Shown: piece after piece, positions 1-10,400 of the stretch
Layout of the letters: each line of letters opens with the position of its first letter
How positions within the stretch are numbered: the first letter of the stretch is position 1
NCBI GenBank assembly: GCA_009838035.1
Contig: VXSK01000023.1
Span: 74,581-138,580, forward strand
Direction: 5' to 3'
Source of the DNA: Gammaproteobacteria bacterium
Lineage (GTDB): Bacteria; Pseudomonadota; Gammaproteobacteria; Steroidobacterales; Foliamicaceae
Length of the DNA stretch: 64,000 bases
Translations under genes and position numbers: made by a program
Notes under the pieces: model-generated
Database searches by the model: none
The model's input: the letters and a program-made list of their open reading frames with translations, nothing else
What the model was told of the DNA's origin: nothing

Positions 1-187
1 GCCGCATACCTCGTTCCTCCGCCGGTACTAACCGGATCAGGTTCAAGGGGTTCCCCTATGCAAGGGTCTCAGGCCGGAATGCCGCCCCCCAGGTAAGCGC
101 AGAGTATAAGGCGTGCATCCGGCCGGCGTTCATGGTCATCGGAAAGCGCTTGGAGGATAATTGCCGCCGGAAGTACGGAGGCGGCGA

Positions 188-1060
188 ATGACCGAACCCA
201 ATCAGGATTACCGGGCGATCGACGCGGTCGTCAATATCTGGACGCCGGAGGCCCTGTCGCACCGGCCCGGCTGGCAGGGCGATTTCTTCGTCGGCAAGAT
301 GAAGGCCGAAAGCCCGCTCATGGCCGGCCTTTCGCTGGAGCAGATGATCGAGCGGCTGGACGGCGCCGGCATCGAACGGGCGTTCCTGATCGCCCCGCGC
401 ACCGGCCAGGTAGGTCTGCCGGGCTGTTATCACCTGCCTTACGAGGTTGTCGCTCGCGCCTGCGAAGAACACCCCGACCGATTCTCCGGCCTGGCCGGAA
501 TCGATCCCACCCAGGGCATGGAAGGTGTGCGAATGTTCGAGGACGCCGTGAAGAACATGGGTTTCATCGGCGCGCACCTCTACCCGCACTGGTTCGAACT
601 GGCGCCCGACCACGCTCGCTACTACCCCTTTTACGCCAAGTGCTGCGAACTGGACGTGCCCATACAGATGCAGGTGGGCCAGTCGATGATCTACGCCAAG
701 GACGCGCCGCGCCGCAGCGTCGGACGCCCGATCGCGCTGGACGCCGTGGCCTGCGATTTCCCGGAGTTGAAGCTGATCGGCATCCACGTGGGCATTCCCT
801 GGCACGAGGAGATGATCGCGATGTCGTGGAAGCACGACAACGTGTTCATCGGCTGCGACGCGCACCGGCCCAAGTACTGGCCGGACAGCTTCCGCCACTA
901 CATCAATTCATTCGGCCAGGACAAGGTCATCTTCGGCACCGACTTCCCGGTGCTGGACTTCGAGCGGACGGTGGACGACATCGACGCGCTCAACCTGCGC
1001 CCGCAGGCCCGCCGCAAGCTGATGCGCGACAACGTCCTGCGCATCTACGGCCTGGACTGA
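188..1060 (+). CDS. amidohydrolase-2 family metal-dependent hydrolase (TIM-barrel, decarboxylase/hydrolase-like)
   Basis: ORF 161..1060 with ATG at 188 (MTEPNQ). Family-like segments are IDAVVNIWTPE, GFIGAHLYPHWF and FGTDFPV. Clear paralog at 45640..46500, with well over half of positions identical by eye. Confidence 0.8.
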   Translation: MTEPNQDYRAIDAVVNIWTPEALSHRPGWQGDFFVGKMKAESPLMAGLSLEQMIERLDGAGIERAFLIAPRTGQVGLPGCYHLPYEVVARACEEHPDRFSGLAGIDPTQGMEGVRMFEDAVKNMGFIGAHLYPHWFELAPDHARYYPFYAKCCELDVPIQMQVGQSMIYAKDAPRRSVGRPIALDAVACDFPELKLIGIHVGIPWHEEMIAMSWKHDNVFIGCDAHRPKYWPDSFRHYINSFGQDKVIFGTDFPVLDFERTVDDIDALNLRPQARRKLMRDNVLRIYGLD

Positions 1061-1103
1061 ACGCCGCCTGACTTTGCTTGCTGCTATACTTCGCCGAGGC
1101 GCA

Positions 1104-1171
1104 GCCCCCGGCGGGACTCGAACCCGCTACCCCCGCGTGACGAAGGCAGAGGCAGGCACCAGCCCGGGGGC
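1104..1171 (-). other. tRNA-like structured element (possible tRNA remnant or pseudogene), 68 nt
   Basis: Minus-strand RNA has a 7-bp acceptor-like stem (GCCCCCG/CGGGGGC) and a canonical T-arm (GCGGG-UUCGAGU-CCCGC). There is a possible anticodon-like arm (CCUUC-GUCACGC-GGGGG). It has no recognisable D-arm, a 2-nt variable region and no encoded CCA. Confidence 0.3.
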
Positions 1172-1258
1172 CACGCTCTTCGCATTCTAGTGATGAGCGG
1201 ATAACCGGACATGCGGTTTTTTGTGTCGGTTTGCCGCGAATTCGACCATTCGACGATT

Positions 1259-2533
1259 TCACTGATGCAGCCATTTTCGCGCCGGGCCCGCGGTATTGAA
1301 CGAACCGGTCACAACCACGCGGGTTTCTCCGGTCGCCGCCTGTGCGGCCCGTTCGCAAGCTGCAACCACGGAATCGCACTGGGCAACGTAAGCGTGCCGG
1401 CGCGCGCTCAGTGCCTGGGCCAGGACTTCCGCGGAACAGGCCTTGGGGTTTTCAGCCGGCGCAACAATCACGTGATCGCGTTTCCGGAGCGGCAGAGCCC
1501 GTAAAAACCCGGCGACATCCTTGTCGCCGTGCATGCCCAGCACCCAGATTGTCGGGCGCGGCGGCAGGGCATTGAGGCTCTTCGCCAGGCACGCGCCGGC
1601 ATCGGGATTGTGCGCCACGTCCAGTACCCACTCCGCGCCGGCGAACTCCATGCGCTCGAACCGCCCCGGCAAGCGGCCGGCCGTCAGGATTGCCGAATAA
1701 TCGCCGACTTCGGGCACCCAATCCGAATCGAGGGTTTCCAGCACCGCAAACGCCAGGCTGGCGTTCGGCAGTTCCGCCGCATTGGCGGGATGGGCAATCG
1801 CCAGGCCGTTGCGGCGGCCGGTCCGGCCGCGCCAGTCCCAGCGCTCGCCATGCCGCTCGAAGTCGAAATCCACGCCTGCCTGGTATAGCGGCGCCCCAAG
1901 TTCCGCCGCGCGCGCGGCGATGGGCGCCGGCGCGACCCCCGCTCCGTAAAACGCCGGGCGCCCGGCGCGCAGGATCCCCGCCTTTTCGGCCGCCACCGAA
2001 TCCAGCGTGTCGCCCAGCCAGTCCTGGTGATCCATGGCGATCCGCGTGATCACGCTCACGTCCGGGTCGATCGCGTTCACCGCGTCCAGCCTTCCGCCCA
2101 GCCCCACCTCCAGCACCCAGGCCTCGCAGCCCTTCCGGCTGAACAGGCTGAAGGCCGCCAGCGTGACGAATTCGAACTCGGTGAGCCGGACATTGCCGCG
2201 CGCCGCTTCCACCCGCTCGAATTCGCGGCTGAGGCCCACCGGGTCGGCGTGCGCGCCGCCGATCTGCACCCGCTCCCCGAATTCCTGCAGGTAAGGCGAG
2301 AGATACAGCGCAGTGCGCAGCCCTCCCCTCAGGCGTAGCGCCGCGTCGATCAGCGCCGCGGTGCTGCCCTTGCCATTGGTGCCCCCCACGATCACCACGC
2401 GGCCTGGAGGCGGTTTCAGATCCAGCTTGCCGATCACTTCAGCGATCCGCTCGAGCCCCAGGTCGATCTCGCTGGGGTGTAGCCGCGCCGCATGGCGCAG
2501 CCATTCATCCAGATGCTTGGGACTGCCGGTCAT
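1259..2533 (-). CDS. folC: bifunctional folylpolyglutamate synthase / dihydrofolate synthase
   Basis: 424-aa ORF with the Mur-ligase-type P-loop VIVGGTNGKGST and FolC-like sequence along its whole length. Confidence 0.9.
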   Translation of the reverse strand: MTGSPKHLDEWLRHAARLHPSEIDLGLERIAEVIGKLDLKPPPGRVVIVGGTNGKGSTAALIDAALRLRGGLRTALYLSPYLQEFGERVQIGGAHADPVGLSREFERVEAARGNVRLTEFEFVTLAAFSLFSRKGCEAWVLEVGLGGRLDAVNAIDPDVSVITRIAMDHQDWLGDTLDSVAAEKAGILRAGRPAFYGAGVAPAPIAARAAELGAPLYQAGVDFDFERHGERWDWRGRTGRRNGLAIAHPANAAELPNASLAFAVLETLDSDWVPEVGDYSAILTAGRLPGRFERMEFAGAEWVLDVAHNPDAGACLAKSLNALPPRPTIWVLGMHGDKDVAGFLRALPLRKRDHVIVAPAENPKACSAEVLAQALSARRHAYVAQCDSVVAACERAAQAATGETRVVVTGSFNTAGPARKWLHQ

Positions 2534-2640
2534 GCCGCCGAATTGTAGTGGCCGCCACCCTTGGAACGAGGGCGTCCCGCCCTCACCGCTGGCCGGGCAA
2601 ACAGCGCATTACAATTCGCGCACTTTTCCGGAGTCAGACC

Positions 2641-3303
2641 ATGCGCAAGACAGCCTTTCCCATTCTCGCCATCGTTTCCATCGCCGCCGCGTTAGCCGTG
2701 CCCCCATCGCACGCCGAGATCGCCGCCAGCGCCGAAGAAACGCAACCCCTGTCGGCCGGCGGCGAGTCGCCGGCCTTTACCGCCCAAAACGCCGACGGCA
2801 GCGACTTCGTCTTCGAACCCTCGTCGCTGGACCGCCCGGCCATGCTGATCTTCTACCGCGGCGGCTGGTGCCCCTACTGCAATCGGCACCTCGCCGAACT
2901 TCGCCATGTGGTACCCGAGCTTGAGCAACGCGGCATGGACGTCTATTTCCTGAGCGCGGACAGCCCCGCCAACCTGGCCTCGGCGCTGCACGGCGACGCC
3001 GAGAGCCTGGACTACACGCTCCTGTCGGACGCCAGGCTGGGCGCCGCCGAAGCTTTCGGCCTCGCCTTCCGCGTGTCCGACGATTACTACCAGCGGGCAA
3101 AGAAATTCGACATCGATCTCGAAGAGGCCTCCGGCGAGACCCACCACGCCCTGCCGGTGCCCGCCGTGTACGTCATCGACGCCGACGGCGTGATCCGCTT
3201 CGCGCACTCCGAGCCCGACTACACCCAGCGACTCGGCAACGACGAACTCCGCGCCGCCGTGGACAACTTGCTGGAAGGCGGTTCAGGCGCCGGCGATGCT
3301 TAG
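2641..3303 (+). CDS. secreted AhpC/TSA (redoxin) family thiol-disulfide oxidoreductase
   Basis: In-frame ATG at 2641 gives the signal peptide MRKTAFPILAIVSIAAALAVPPSHA. Thioredoxin-fold motif GGWCPYCN. The 3' end overlaps convergent pmbA by 21 nt. Confidence 0.75.
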   Translation: MRKTAFPILAIVSIAAALAVPPSHAEIAASAEETQPLSAGGESPAFTAQNADGSDFVFEPSSLDRPAMLIFYRGGWCPYCNRHLAELRHVVPELEQRGMDVYFLSADSPANLASALHGDAESLDYTLLSDARLGAAEAFGLAFRVSDDYYQRAKKFDIDLEEASGETHHALPVPAVYVIDADGVIRFAHSEPDYTQRLGNDELRAAVDNLLEGGSGAGDA

Positions 3304-4602
3304 GTCGTCGATGAGAATCGAACCGGTGTAGATGCCGCCGCGCCGGTCCACGTCGGAACCGATGGCGGCGATGTTGCGGAACATGTCCTTCAGGTTGCCG
3401 GCCACGGTGATTTCGTGGACGGCGTGCTCGACCGCGCCGTCGCGCACCCAGTATCCGGCCGCGCCGCGCGAATAGTCGCCGGTGACGGTGTTGGCGCCCT
3501 GCCCCATCATTTCGGTCACGACCAGGCCCTCGCCCATTTCCGCCAGCAGTTCCTCCCAGGACTGACCGGTGCTTTCGAGAAAGAGGTTATGCGCGCCGCC
3601 GGCATTCCCGGTGGTTGCCATGCCGAGCTTGCGCGCCGAGTAGCTGCCCAGGAAGTAGCCCTTCAGGACGCCGCCGCACACCAGGTCGCGGTCGGCGGTC
3701 GCCACGCCCTCGCCGTCGTAGGCCCGGCTGGCCAGTCCGCGCGGGATATGCGGGCGTTCGTTCAGGTTGACGCAGTCGGCGAAAACCGGCTTGTCCAGGC
3801 TGTCGAGCAGGAAGCTGGCGCGGTTGTACAGCGCCCGGCCGCTGACCGCCGCGCAGAAGTGTCCGACCAGGCTCCGCGCGACGCGCGGCGCGAACAGCAC
3901 CGGCGCCCTGGTGCTCGCGGTCTTGCGCGCGCCCAGGCGCCTGATCGTCCGTTCGGCGGCGCTCTCCCCCACTTCCTTCACCGGAGTCAGTTCCTCCGGC
4001 GCCCGGGCCACGCTGAAATCGTAGTCGCGCTCCATCTGCCCGTCCTGCTCGCCAAGCACGACACAGGACACTGAGTGGCTGCTCGACCGGCCGCTTTGCA
4101 GAAACCCGTGCGAGTTGCCGTAAGCGAAGGCGGATTCGCCGGTATCGACGCCGGCGCCCTCCGAGTTGCTGATGCGCGGGTCCGCGTCCAGCGCTGCGGC
4201 TTCGCATTCCAGCGCCAGGTCCATGGCCTGCTCCGCCTCCAGGTCCCAGGGATGGTGCAGATCGAGGTCCGGGAACTCCGTGGCCATGCGATCCGCGTCG
4301 GCAAGGCCTGCGTATTCGTCCTCAGCCGCAAACCGGGCCAGGCTCAGGGCCTTGTCGACGGTTTTCCGAACGGCCCCGGAGGACAGGTCCGACGTGCTGG
4401 CGGAGCCGCGCCGCTGCCCCCGGTACACGGTCACGCCCAGCGAATGGTCCTGGTGGCTTTCCAGCGTTTCGACCTCGCGCATCCGCACGCGCAGGGTCAG
4501 TCCCGTGTTGTTGGAGGCCGAGGCTTCCGCCTGGCTGGCGCCCCGCTTGCGCGCGTAGCTCAGGGCATCGGCCACCCGCGCGCTGAGTTCATTGGGTGAC
4601 AT
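3283..4602 (-). CDS. pmbA: metalloprotease PmbA (TldE)
   Basis: 439-aa ORF with full-length PmbA/TldD-family resemblance; tldD lies nearby. Confidence 0.9.
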   Translation of the reverse strand: MSPNELSARVADALSYARKRGASQAEASASNNTGLTLRVRMREVETLESHQDHSLGVTVYRGQRRGSASTSDLSSGAVRKTVDKALSLARFAAEDEYAGLADADRMATEFPDLDLHHPWDLEAEQAMDLALECEAAALDADPRISNSEGAGVDTGESAFAYGNSHGFLQSGRSSSHSVSCVVLGEQDGQMERDYDFSVARAPEELTPVKEVGESAAERTIRRLGARKTASTRAPVLFAPRVARSLVGHFCAAVSGRALYNRASFLLDSLDKPVFADCVNLNERPHIPRGLASRAYDGEGVATADRDLVCGGVLKGYFLGSYSARKLGMATTGNAGGAHNLFLESTGQSWEELLAEMGEGLVVTEMMGQGANTVTGDYSRGAAGYWVRDGAVEHAVHEITVAGNLKDMFRNIAAIGSDVDRRGGIYTGSILIDDLSIAGA

Positions 4603-5074
4603 CGGCGCCCCGGACCGCTTCCGCCGTCTGGGCGGCCCGAAAAGCCTTGAGCGCGTCGCGCACGTCGGCGTCGCCCAGGGCCAGGATGGCGGTCGCCATC
4701 AGGGCGGCATTCACGGCGCCGTGCCGGCCGACTCCCAGCGTTCCCACCGGCACGCCGGCCGGCATCTGGGCCATGGACAGCATGGCGTCGGCGCCCCCGA
4801 AGGCGGCGGTCGCCATCGGAACGCCGAGCACCGGCAGCGAAGTGAGCGCCGCCACCGTGCCCGGAAGGGCCGCGGCCAGGCCGGCGCCGGCGATGACCAC
4901 CCTGATCCCGCGCTCCTCGGCCTGCTCGCAGTACTCGGCAAGCTCGCGGGGGGCGCGGTGGGCCGAAAGCGCCCGCGCTTCCCAGCCTATGCCCAGCGAA
5001 TCCAGCGTATTGGCCGCGTTCTCCATGATTTTCCAGTCCGAACGCGAGCCCATGAGAATGGCTACTTGTGTCAT
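4589..5074 (-). CDS. purE: N5-carboxyaminoimidazole ribonucleotide mutase
   Basis: 161-aa ORF with [11 protein letters not shown] and AGLAAALPG motifs typical of PurE. No purK is adjacent. Confidence 0.9.
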   Translation of the reverse strand: MTQVAILMGSRSDWKIMENAANTLDSLGIGWEARALSAHRAPRELAEYCEQAEERGIRVVIAGAGLAAALPGTVAALTSLPVLGVPMATAAFGGADAMLSMAQMPAGVPVGTLGVGRHGAVNAALMATAILALGDADVRDALKAFRAAQTAEAVRGADVTQ

Positions 5075-5116
5075 TTATGGTTTCCTGGTGGTTTGAAATT
5101 CATTGGTGCGTGGGGG

Positions 5117-6592
5117 TCACGCGGTGCCGCCGACGGTGATGCCGTCCACGCGGATGGTGGGCATGCCGACGCCCACGGGCACGGTCTGCCCGTCCTTGCC
5201 GCAAACGCCCACGCCGGGATCCAGCGCCAGGTCGCTGCCGACCATGGACACGCGCGTCAGCACCGTGGGGCCGTCGCCGATCAGCGTTGCATCGCGCAGC
5301 GGCGCGCCCAGCCTGCCGTCCTCGATCCGGTAGGCCTCGCTCGCGGAAAAAACGAACTTTCCGGACGTGATGTCCACCTGCCCGCCGCCGAAGTTCTTTG
5401 CATATACGCCCTTTTTCACCGACCGGATGATCTCTTCGGGATCGTGCGGACCCGGCATCATGAAAGTGTTGGTCATGCGCGGCATCGGCAGGTGCGCGTA
5501 TGACTCGCGGCGGCCGTTGCCGGTGGGCCCGACGCCCATCAGGCCGGCATTCAGGCGGTCCTGCATGTAGCCCGCCAGCACGCCGTTCTCGATCAGCACC
5601 GTGCGGCCGGTGGGCGTGCCCTCGTCGTCGATCTCCAGCGACCCGCGCCGGCCCGGCATGCTGCCGTCGTCCACCACCGTGCACTGGTCCGTGGCGACCG
5701 CTTCCCCGATGCGCCCGGCAAAGGCGGACACCCCCTTGCGGTTGAAGTCGCCCTCCAGGCCGTGGCCGACCGCTTCATGCAGGAGCACGCCCGGCCAGCC
5801 CGGTCCCAGCACCACGATTTCCTCGCCGGCGGGTGCTGGCTGCGCGTCCAGGTTCACCACGGCCTGGCGCACGGCCTCGCGCGCGTATTCCCCCGCGGAA
5901 TCGGCCGCTACGAGATCGGCCAAAGGCAGACGCCCGCCCCAGCCGGCAACGCCGTGGCGGACTTCTCCGTTCTGCTCCAGCAATACCGTCACGCCCAGCC
6001 GCACCAGCGGGCGATCGTCGGCCGCCAGCCGGCCGTCGGACGAGCAGACCAGCACCAGGTTGCGGGCAATGGACAGGCTGGCGATCACCTGGCGCACCCG
6101 CGTGTCCGCGGCGCGGGCCTCGCGGTCCAGGGCGTGCAGCAGTTCCACCTTGGACGTATCGGAATAACCGTCGCCGGGATCGCCGGCCGCGTAGAGACGG
6201 CGGCTTGCGCCTTCGCGGCGCAACTCGATCCGGCCCCGGCCGCCGCCGCGGGCAATGGCGCCGGCCGTTTTGGCGGCGCTCAACAGGGTGGAGGGGTCCA
6301 GGTCGTCGGAATAGGCGAAGCCGGACTTTTCGCCGCTCACGGCGCGGGCGCTCATGCCGCGCCCGCGGTCGTGGCTGGCGGTCTTGACGATGCCGTCTTC
6401 CAGCACCCAGGATTCGCCTGAATACTCCGAGAAATACAAATCGCCCCAGTCCACGCCGGGCCGCATCAGCGCGCCCAGGGCCCGGTCGAGCTGAGGGTCG
6501 CCGAGATCCGCCGACTCCAGCAGGCTGCCGCGGGCCAGCGCCAGCGCCTGCTGCTGAACCTCGAAGGTGGAAGGGTCCGGAGACTTGTTCAT
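5117..6592 (-). CDS. tldD: metalloprotease TldD
   Basis: 491-aa ORF with TldD-like HEAVGHGLE motif, downstream of yhdP as in E. coli and Pseudomonas. Confidence 0.9.
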   Translation of the reverse strand: MNKSPDPSTFEVQQQALALARGSLLESADLGDPQLDRALGALMRPGVDWGDLYFSEYSGESWVLEDGIVKTASHDRGRGMSARAVSGEKSGFAYSDDLDPSTLLSAAKTAGAIARGGGRGRIELRREGASRRLYAAGDPGDGYSDTSKVELLHALDREARAADTRVRQVIASLSIARNLVLVCSSDGRLAADDRPLVRLGVTVLLEQNGEVRHGVAGWGGRLPLADLVAADSAGEYAREAVRQAVVNLDAQPAPAGEEIVVLGPGWPGVLLHEAVGHGLEGDFNRKGVSAFAGRIGEAVATDQCTVVDDGSMPGRRGSLEIDDEGTPTGRTVLIENGVLAGYMQDRLNAGLMGVGPTGNGRRESYAHLPMPRMTNTFMMPGPHDPEEIIRSVKKGVYAKNFGGGQVDITSGKFVFSASEAYRIEDGRLGAPLRDATLIGDGPTVLTRVSMVGSDLALDPGVGVCGKDGQTVPVGVGMPTIRVDGITVGGTA

Positions 6593-7416
6593 GTCACGCC
6601 CGACGGCAGCCTGCGATGATCGAGCGCAGGAAAGCCGCTGCGCAGCCGGTCGAGATTGTCCAGCGCCACGTCATGGCAGAGCACGCCGTCGCCCTGCTTG
6701 CATTCCGCCACGACCTGCCCCCAGGGCTCGACCAGCATCGAGTGTCCGTAGCTCTCGCGCCCACCGGGATGGCTTCCATGCTGCGCCGATGCCAGCATGT
6801 AACAAAGGTTCTCGACGGCGCGGGCGCGAACCAGCAGATACCAATGCGCTTCTCCCGTCGGACGGGTAAAGGCGGCCGGTAGCGCAACCATCTCGGCGCC
6901 CTGCTCGCCCATGGCGCGAAACAGCTCCGGGAAGCGCAGGTCGTAGCACACCGCCAGCCCCAGCCGGCCGAACGGCGTTTCCGCCACGACCGGCTCGCTG
7001 CCCGCCGTGGTCGTCGCGGATTCGCGGAAGGACTCCTTGCGCCCGGGCAGGGACACGTCGAACAAGTGCATCTTGTCGTAGCGCGCCGCCAGGGTTCCGG
7101 AACCGTCGAACAGGCAGCAGGCCGATGCAGGACGGCGCGGGTCCTCCGCGCGCATGGGAATGGTCCCCGCGACGATCCACATTCCCAGCCTTTGGGCCTG
7201 CTCGGCCGCAAATTCCTGCCAGGGCCCGTCCCCCGGGTCCTCGGCATGCTCGGTGCGCATGCGCTCGGCGTCCCTGGACATCAGGGCGAAGTTCTCCGGC
7301 AGCACGGCCAGCGCCGCACCCTGGTCGGCCGCCCGGCGAAGCAAAGCCGCGGCGCGCTTGAGGTTGGCGCCGGGCTCGTCGCCCGAGCACATCTGTATGA
7401 CCGCAACCTTGCTCAT
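6589..7416 (-). CDS. carbon-nitrogen hydrolase (nitrilase superfamily, Nit/omega-amidase-like)
   Basis: Internal ATG at 7416 (MSKVAVIQM). Glu-Lys-Cys triad contexts are LPENF, YDKMHLFD and AVCYDLRFPELF. 4-nt overlaps with both yhdP and tldD. Confidence 0.8.
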   Translation of the reverse strand: MSKVAVIQMCSGDEPGANLKRAAALLRRAADQGAALAVLPENFALMSRDAERMRTEHAEDPGDGPWQEFAAEQAQRLGMWIVAGTIPMRAEDPRRPASACCLFDGSGTLAARYDKMHLFDVSLPGRKESFRESATTTAGSEPVVAETPFGRLGLAVCYDLRFPELFRAMGEQGAEMVALPAAFTRPTGEAHWYLLVRARAVENLCYMLASAQHGSHPGGRESYGHSMLVEPWGQVVAECKQGDGVLCHDVALDNLDRLRSGFPALDHRRLPSGVT

Positions 7417-10400
7417 GGCGCACCCGGGCCGGAATCCGCCGCCGGCTCGCCGGGGGCGAGGTCCGGGCTGTCCGAGTCGCCCGCCTGCCGCGGCAGCGCT
7501 TCCTCCTGCGCCTGACTCAGCAGCGCATCCCAATCCACTTCAGGCATATCGGTCAAATGCTCCTCCAGATAGCGGGCGCAATCGTCAAACGCGCCCAGGT
7601 CAATTTCTTCACGCAGCACCCGCTCCACCAGCGGCTCGTCCCAGCTGCCGCCGACCCGGTAATAGTTGGCCGAGATCGCCTGCAGGGGTTCGCGGAAGGC
7701 CTGCGAGAGCAACAGCATCGTTGCGCCCAGGCCGGTCCCGCCGACTATAACGCCGCCCAGCGAAAGTAAATCCGGCAGATTGGGGGATACTACGGCAACC
7801 TGGTCGTAACTGCGATCCTCGAGTCCGATCCGCCCAAACAGCGCGAGTTCGGCCACCGCTCCGTGCAGGCCCATATTGCAGGTGTAAGCCTGACCCTCGC
7901 GAAGGCTGAAATCGCCCGCCAGCCGGTCGAAGGGCAGTCCCTCCTCCGTCACTTCGCGGAAATCCAGCGCCAGGCGCCGCGGCAGGCGCGCCAGGCTGAG
8001 CACGCCCAGCATCCGCCCGCCGCCGGGGTCCAGGGCCGCCACTTCGCCCAACTCCGCCTCCAGGCGGACCGTTCCGTTGGACCGTCCGAGAAAGCCCCTC
8101 GAAGGCGGCCCGTCCCAGCTCGCGGAAAGGGTCATCCGGCCCCGGTCGCCGGAGATGCCGGGCGCGTAGCCCAACTGTTCCAGGGCCGCGGCGACGTCGG
8201 TACTCTCAAGGACCATGTCGAGCCGCCCCAGTTGCTCCGCACCTTCATCGTCCGTGACCAGCCAGGCCGCGCTTCCCTCGGACGAGAAGGCCGCCGACTC
8301 GGTTCGAAACCAGTTCACGGCCAGTCCGCCCGCTGTCTTCTCGTAACGGGCCCGCACGTCCCCCAGTCGCATCGGTCCGATCACAAGATCGCTCAACATG
8401 ACCTTGCCGGCCGGCAGGGCGCGCGGGTTCGCCGGTGGTTGCGGCTCCGGGTCCCGTAGCGTCAGCTTCAGCCGGTTCAGGTCCGCCAGCAACTGCCCGT
8501 TCCCGGCCCCCGCGCGCGGCCAGAACAGGCGCCCGTCGGCGAAATCGCCCTGAAGCTCCACCAGCCATCCGTCCGAGCGGGGACGCACGCGGAGCGACTG
8601 GTCCCTGAGGGTGTTGCCCATCGTATAGACCTCGCCCGCGGTCAGGTCCAGCGCCCATGGCAGGTCAAGCGAATCGGCTTCGTCCGCCAGTACCTCGGCC
8701 CATTTAGCGGGACGCAGCCGTTTGACGCGCCCGTCCACGACAAGTCCCGGACTTTCCGGCAGGCGCGGCAGGGAATCGCCGAAGTGCAGGCGCCCGCGCC
8801 TGATCCGCCATCCGTCGCCATCGTCGTCGAACTCCAGGGCGACGCCCGGCCCCAGTCCCAGCCTGCCCGTCAGGCGCGGCAGGTCCCCGGACCCCCACAG
8901 CAGTTCCAGCCGCGTGGGCCCGGCCTCATCCGCCGGCTTGTTCATTGGGTACGGAAAGGCACTGCCCAGTCCGACCAGGTCGGTCTCCAGGCGCACCCGC
9001 ACGGGACGCGCCGGACCCGCTTCCATCGCGGGCACCAGTACGCTGCCGTCCCACGCGAACTGTCCGTCGAGCCGGTCCAGCGCACAGCAGCCAAACAGTT
9101 CCTCCAGCGTTTCCGCGGTCGCCGAACCGTCCAGGTCCAGCCGATACCCGTAGCCGGCCATTCCGGCGGGGGCCCTGTTCACGTCGATCAGCAGCGGCTG
9201 ATCGAGAAACCGTCCCTGCAACTCGCGCACGCGCACTCCGGCGCGGGTAAAGCGAATGCTGCCCCTCAGGTTGGTGACCGCGGGTATCAGGTCGTTCAGC
9301 TTCATTTCTCCGCCGCCGAGTTCGGTCTCGGTGAAAATTTCCCAGGCGCTCCTGTCCGCGATGGGCAGCCTGAACTCCACGCGGGTTCCGGCCGCGCCTG
9401 AGGTCTCGGCATTGAGCAGCATGGGATGAATTCGATCGGCCATCGGAATGCGCGCCAGACCGTCGATCAGCGCCGGCAAGGGATCGTCGCTTTCGCCATT
9501 CACCTCCACGACCGGACTGGCCAGGTCGCGGACATCGGTGCGCACGTCGCGCCAGCGCACGCCCGCCAGCTCGCCCGCCGAGTCGAGAATGACCAGGGCG
9601 GATCCGTTCAGCACCAGCTTGCCCGACAGGTCCGTTACGTCGGGCCACGCCTCGTGCACCGTCAGCACACCGTCGGCAATGGCCATCTCCACCCGCAGGA
9701 CCGCGCCGCCGAACGGAAATGAATCGAGCGGTCCGCCGAGCTGCATGTTCCAGCCGTCGGCCCGGCCGGCATGAAGGGCCCGGCCCAGCCAACCGAACGG
9801 TAGTCCGCGCGTGTTTTGCCAGGGCAGAAGCGCGAGCGCGGCCGGCAGGTCCTCGATGCGATCGCCGCCGCCGCTCAGGTCGAGCACCGGAGAGCTGCCG
9901 CCTTCGGGCAGGGACAGGGAGAAACGGCCGGCGAAGTCCATCCCGTCGGCGCCGATTCTGAGATTGTTGCCTTCGATCGACCAGTTGTCCGGCCCGGTCC
10001 GCCAGCTCAATTCCGCCTGCGCCCCGGTGAGACTTACCGGCCCGTCCAGCCAGGACGCGGCGAAATCGCCGGCGCCGGGGATCGAGAGATCGGCATTGCC
10101 GGCGCCGGATTCGTGCCGCAGGCTGCCGTCAATTCCCGCCAGCGTCAGGCCCCGCTCCGGCCACTGAAGCGACAACCCGGAAAACCCGGCGCGGATTTCC
10201 GGCGGAAACGATCCTCCGGACTCCCAGCTCAGGCTCAGATCGCTGACGTCGCCGGCAACCGGCAGCAGCGCCGGAGACACTCCCAGCTCACGCGCAATTC
10301 CGAGCAGTGGCGGAATCGCGTCTTCAAGACGCACAAAGCCGGCCTCCAGTTGCAGTGCGGCGAGTTCTCCGCCGGGGCCCAGCGTCCAGCTTGCGCTGAT

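Noticed and set aside
1104-1171. A genuine tRNA gene, or the tRNA-like domain of tmRNA.
   Set aside because: It is only 68 nt with no D-arm and a 2-nt variable region, so it is not a canonical tRNA. tmRNA would need about 350 nt extending into folC and a GGGG 5' end, neither of which fits.
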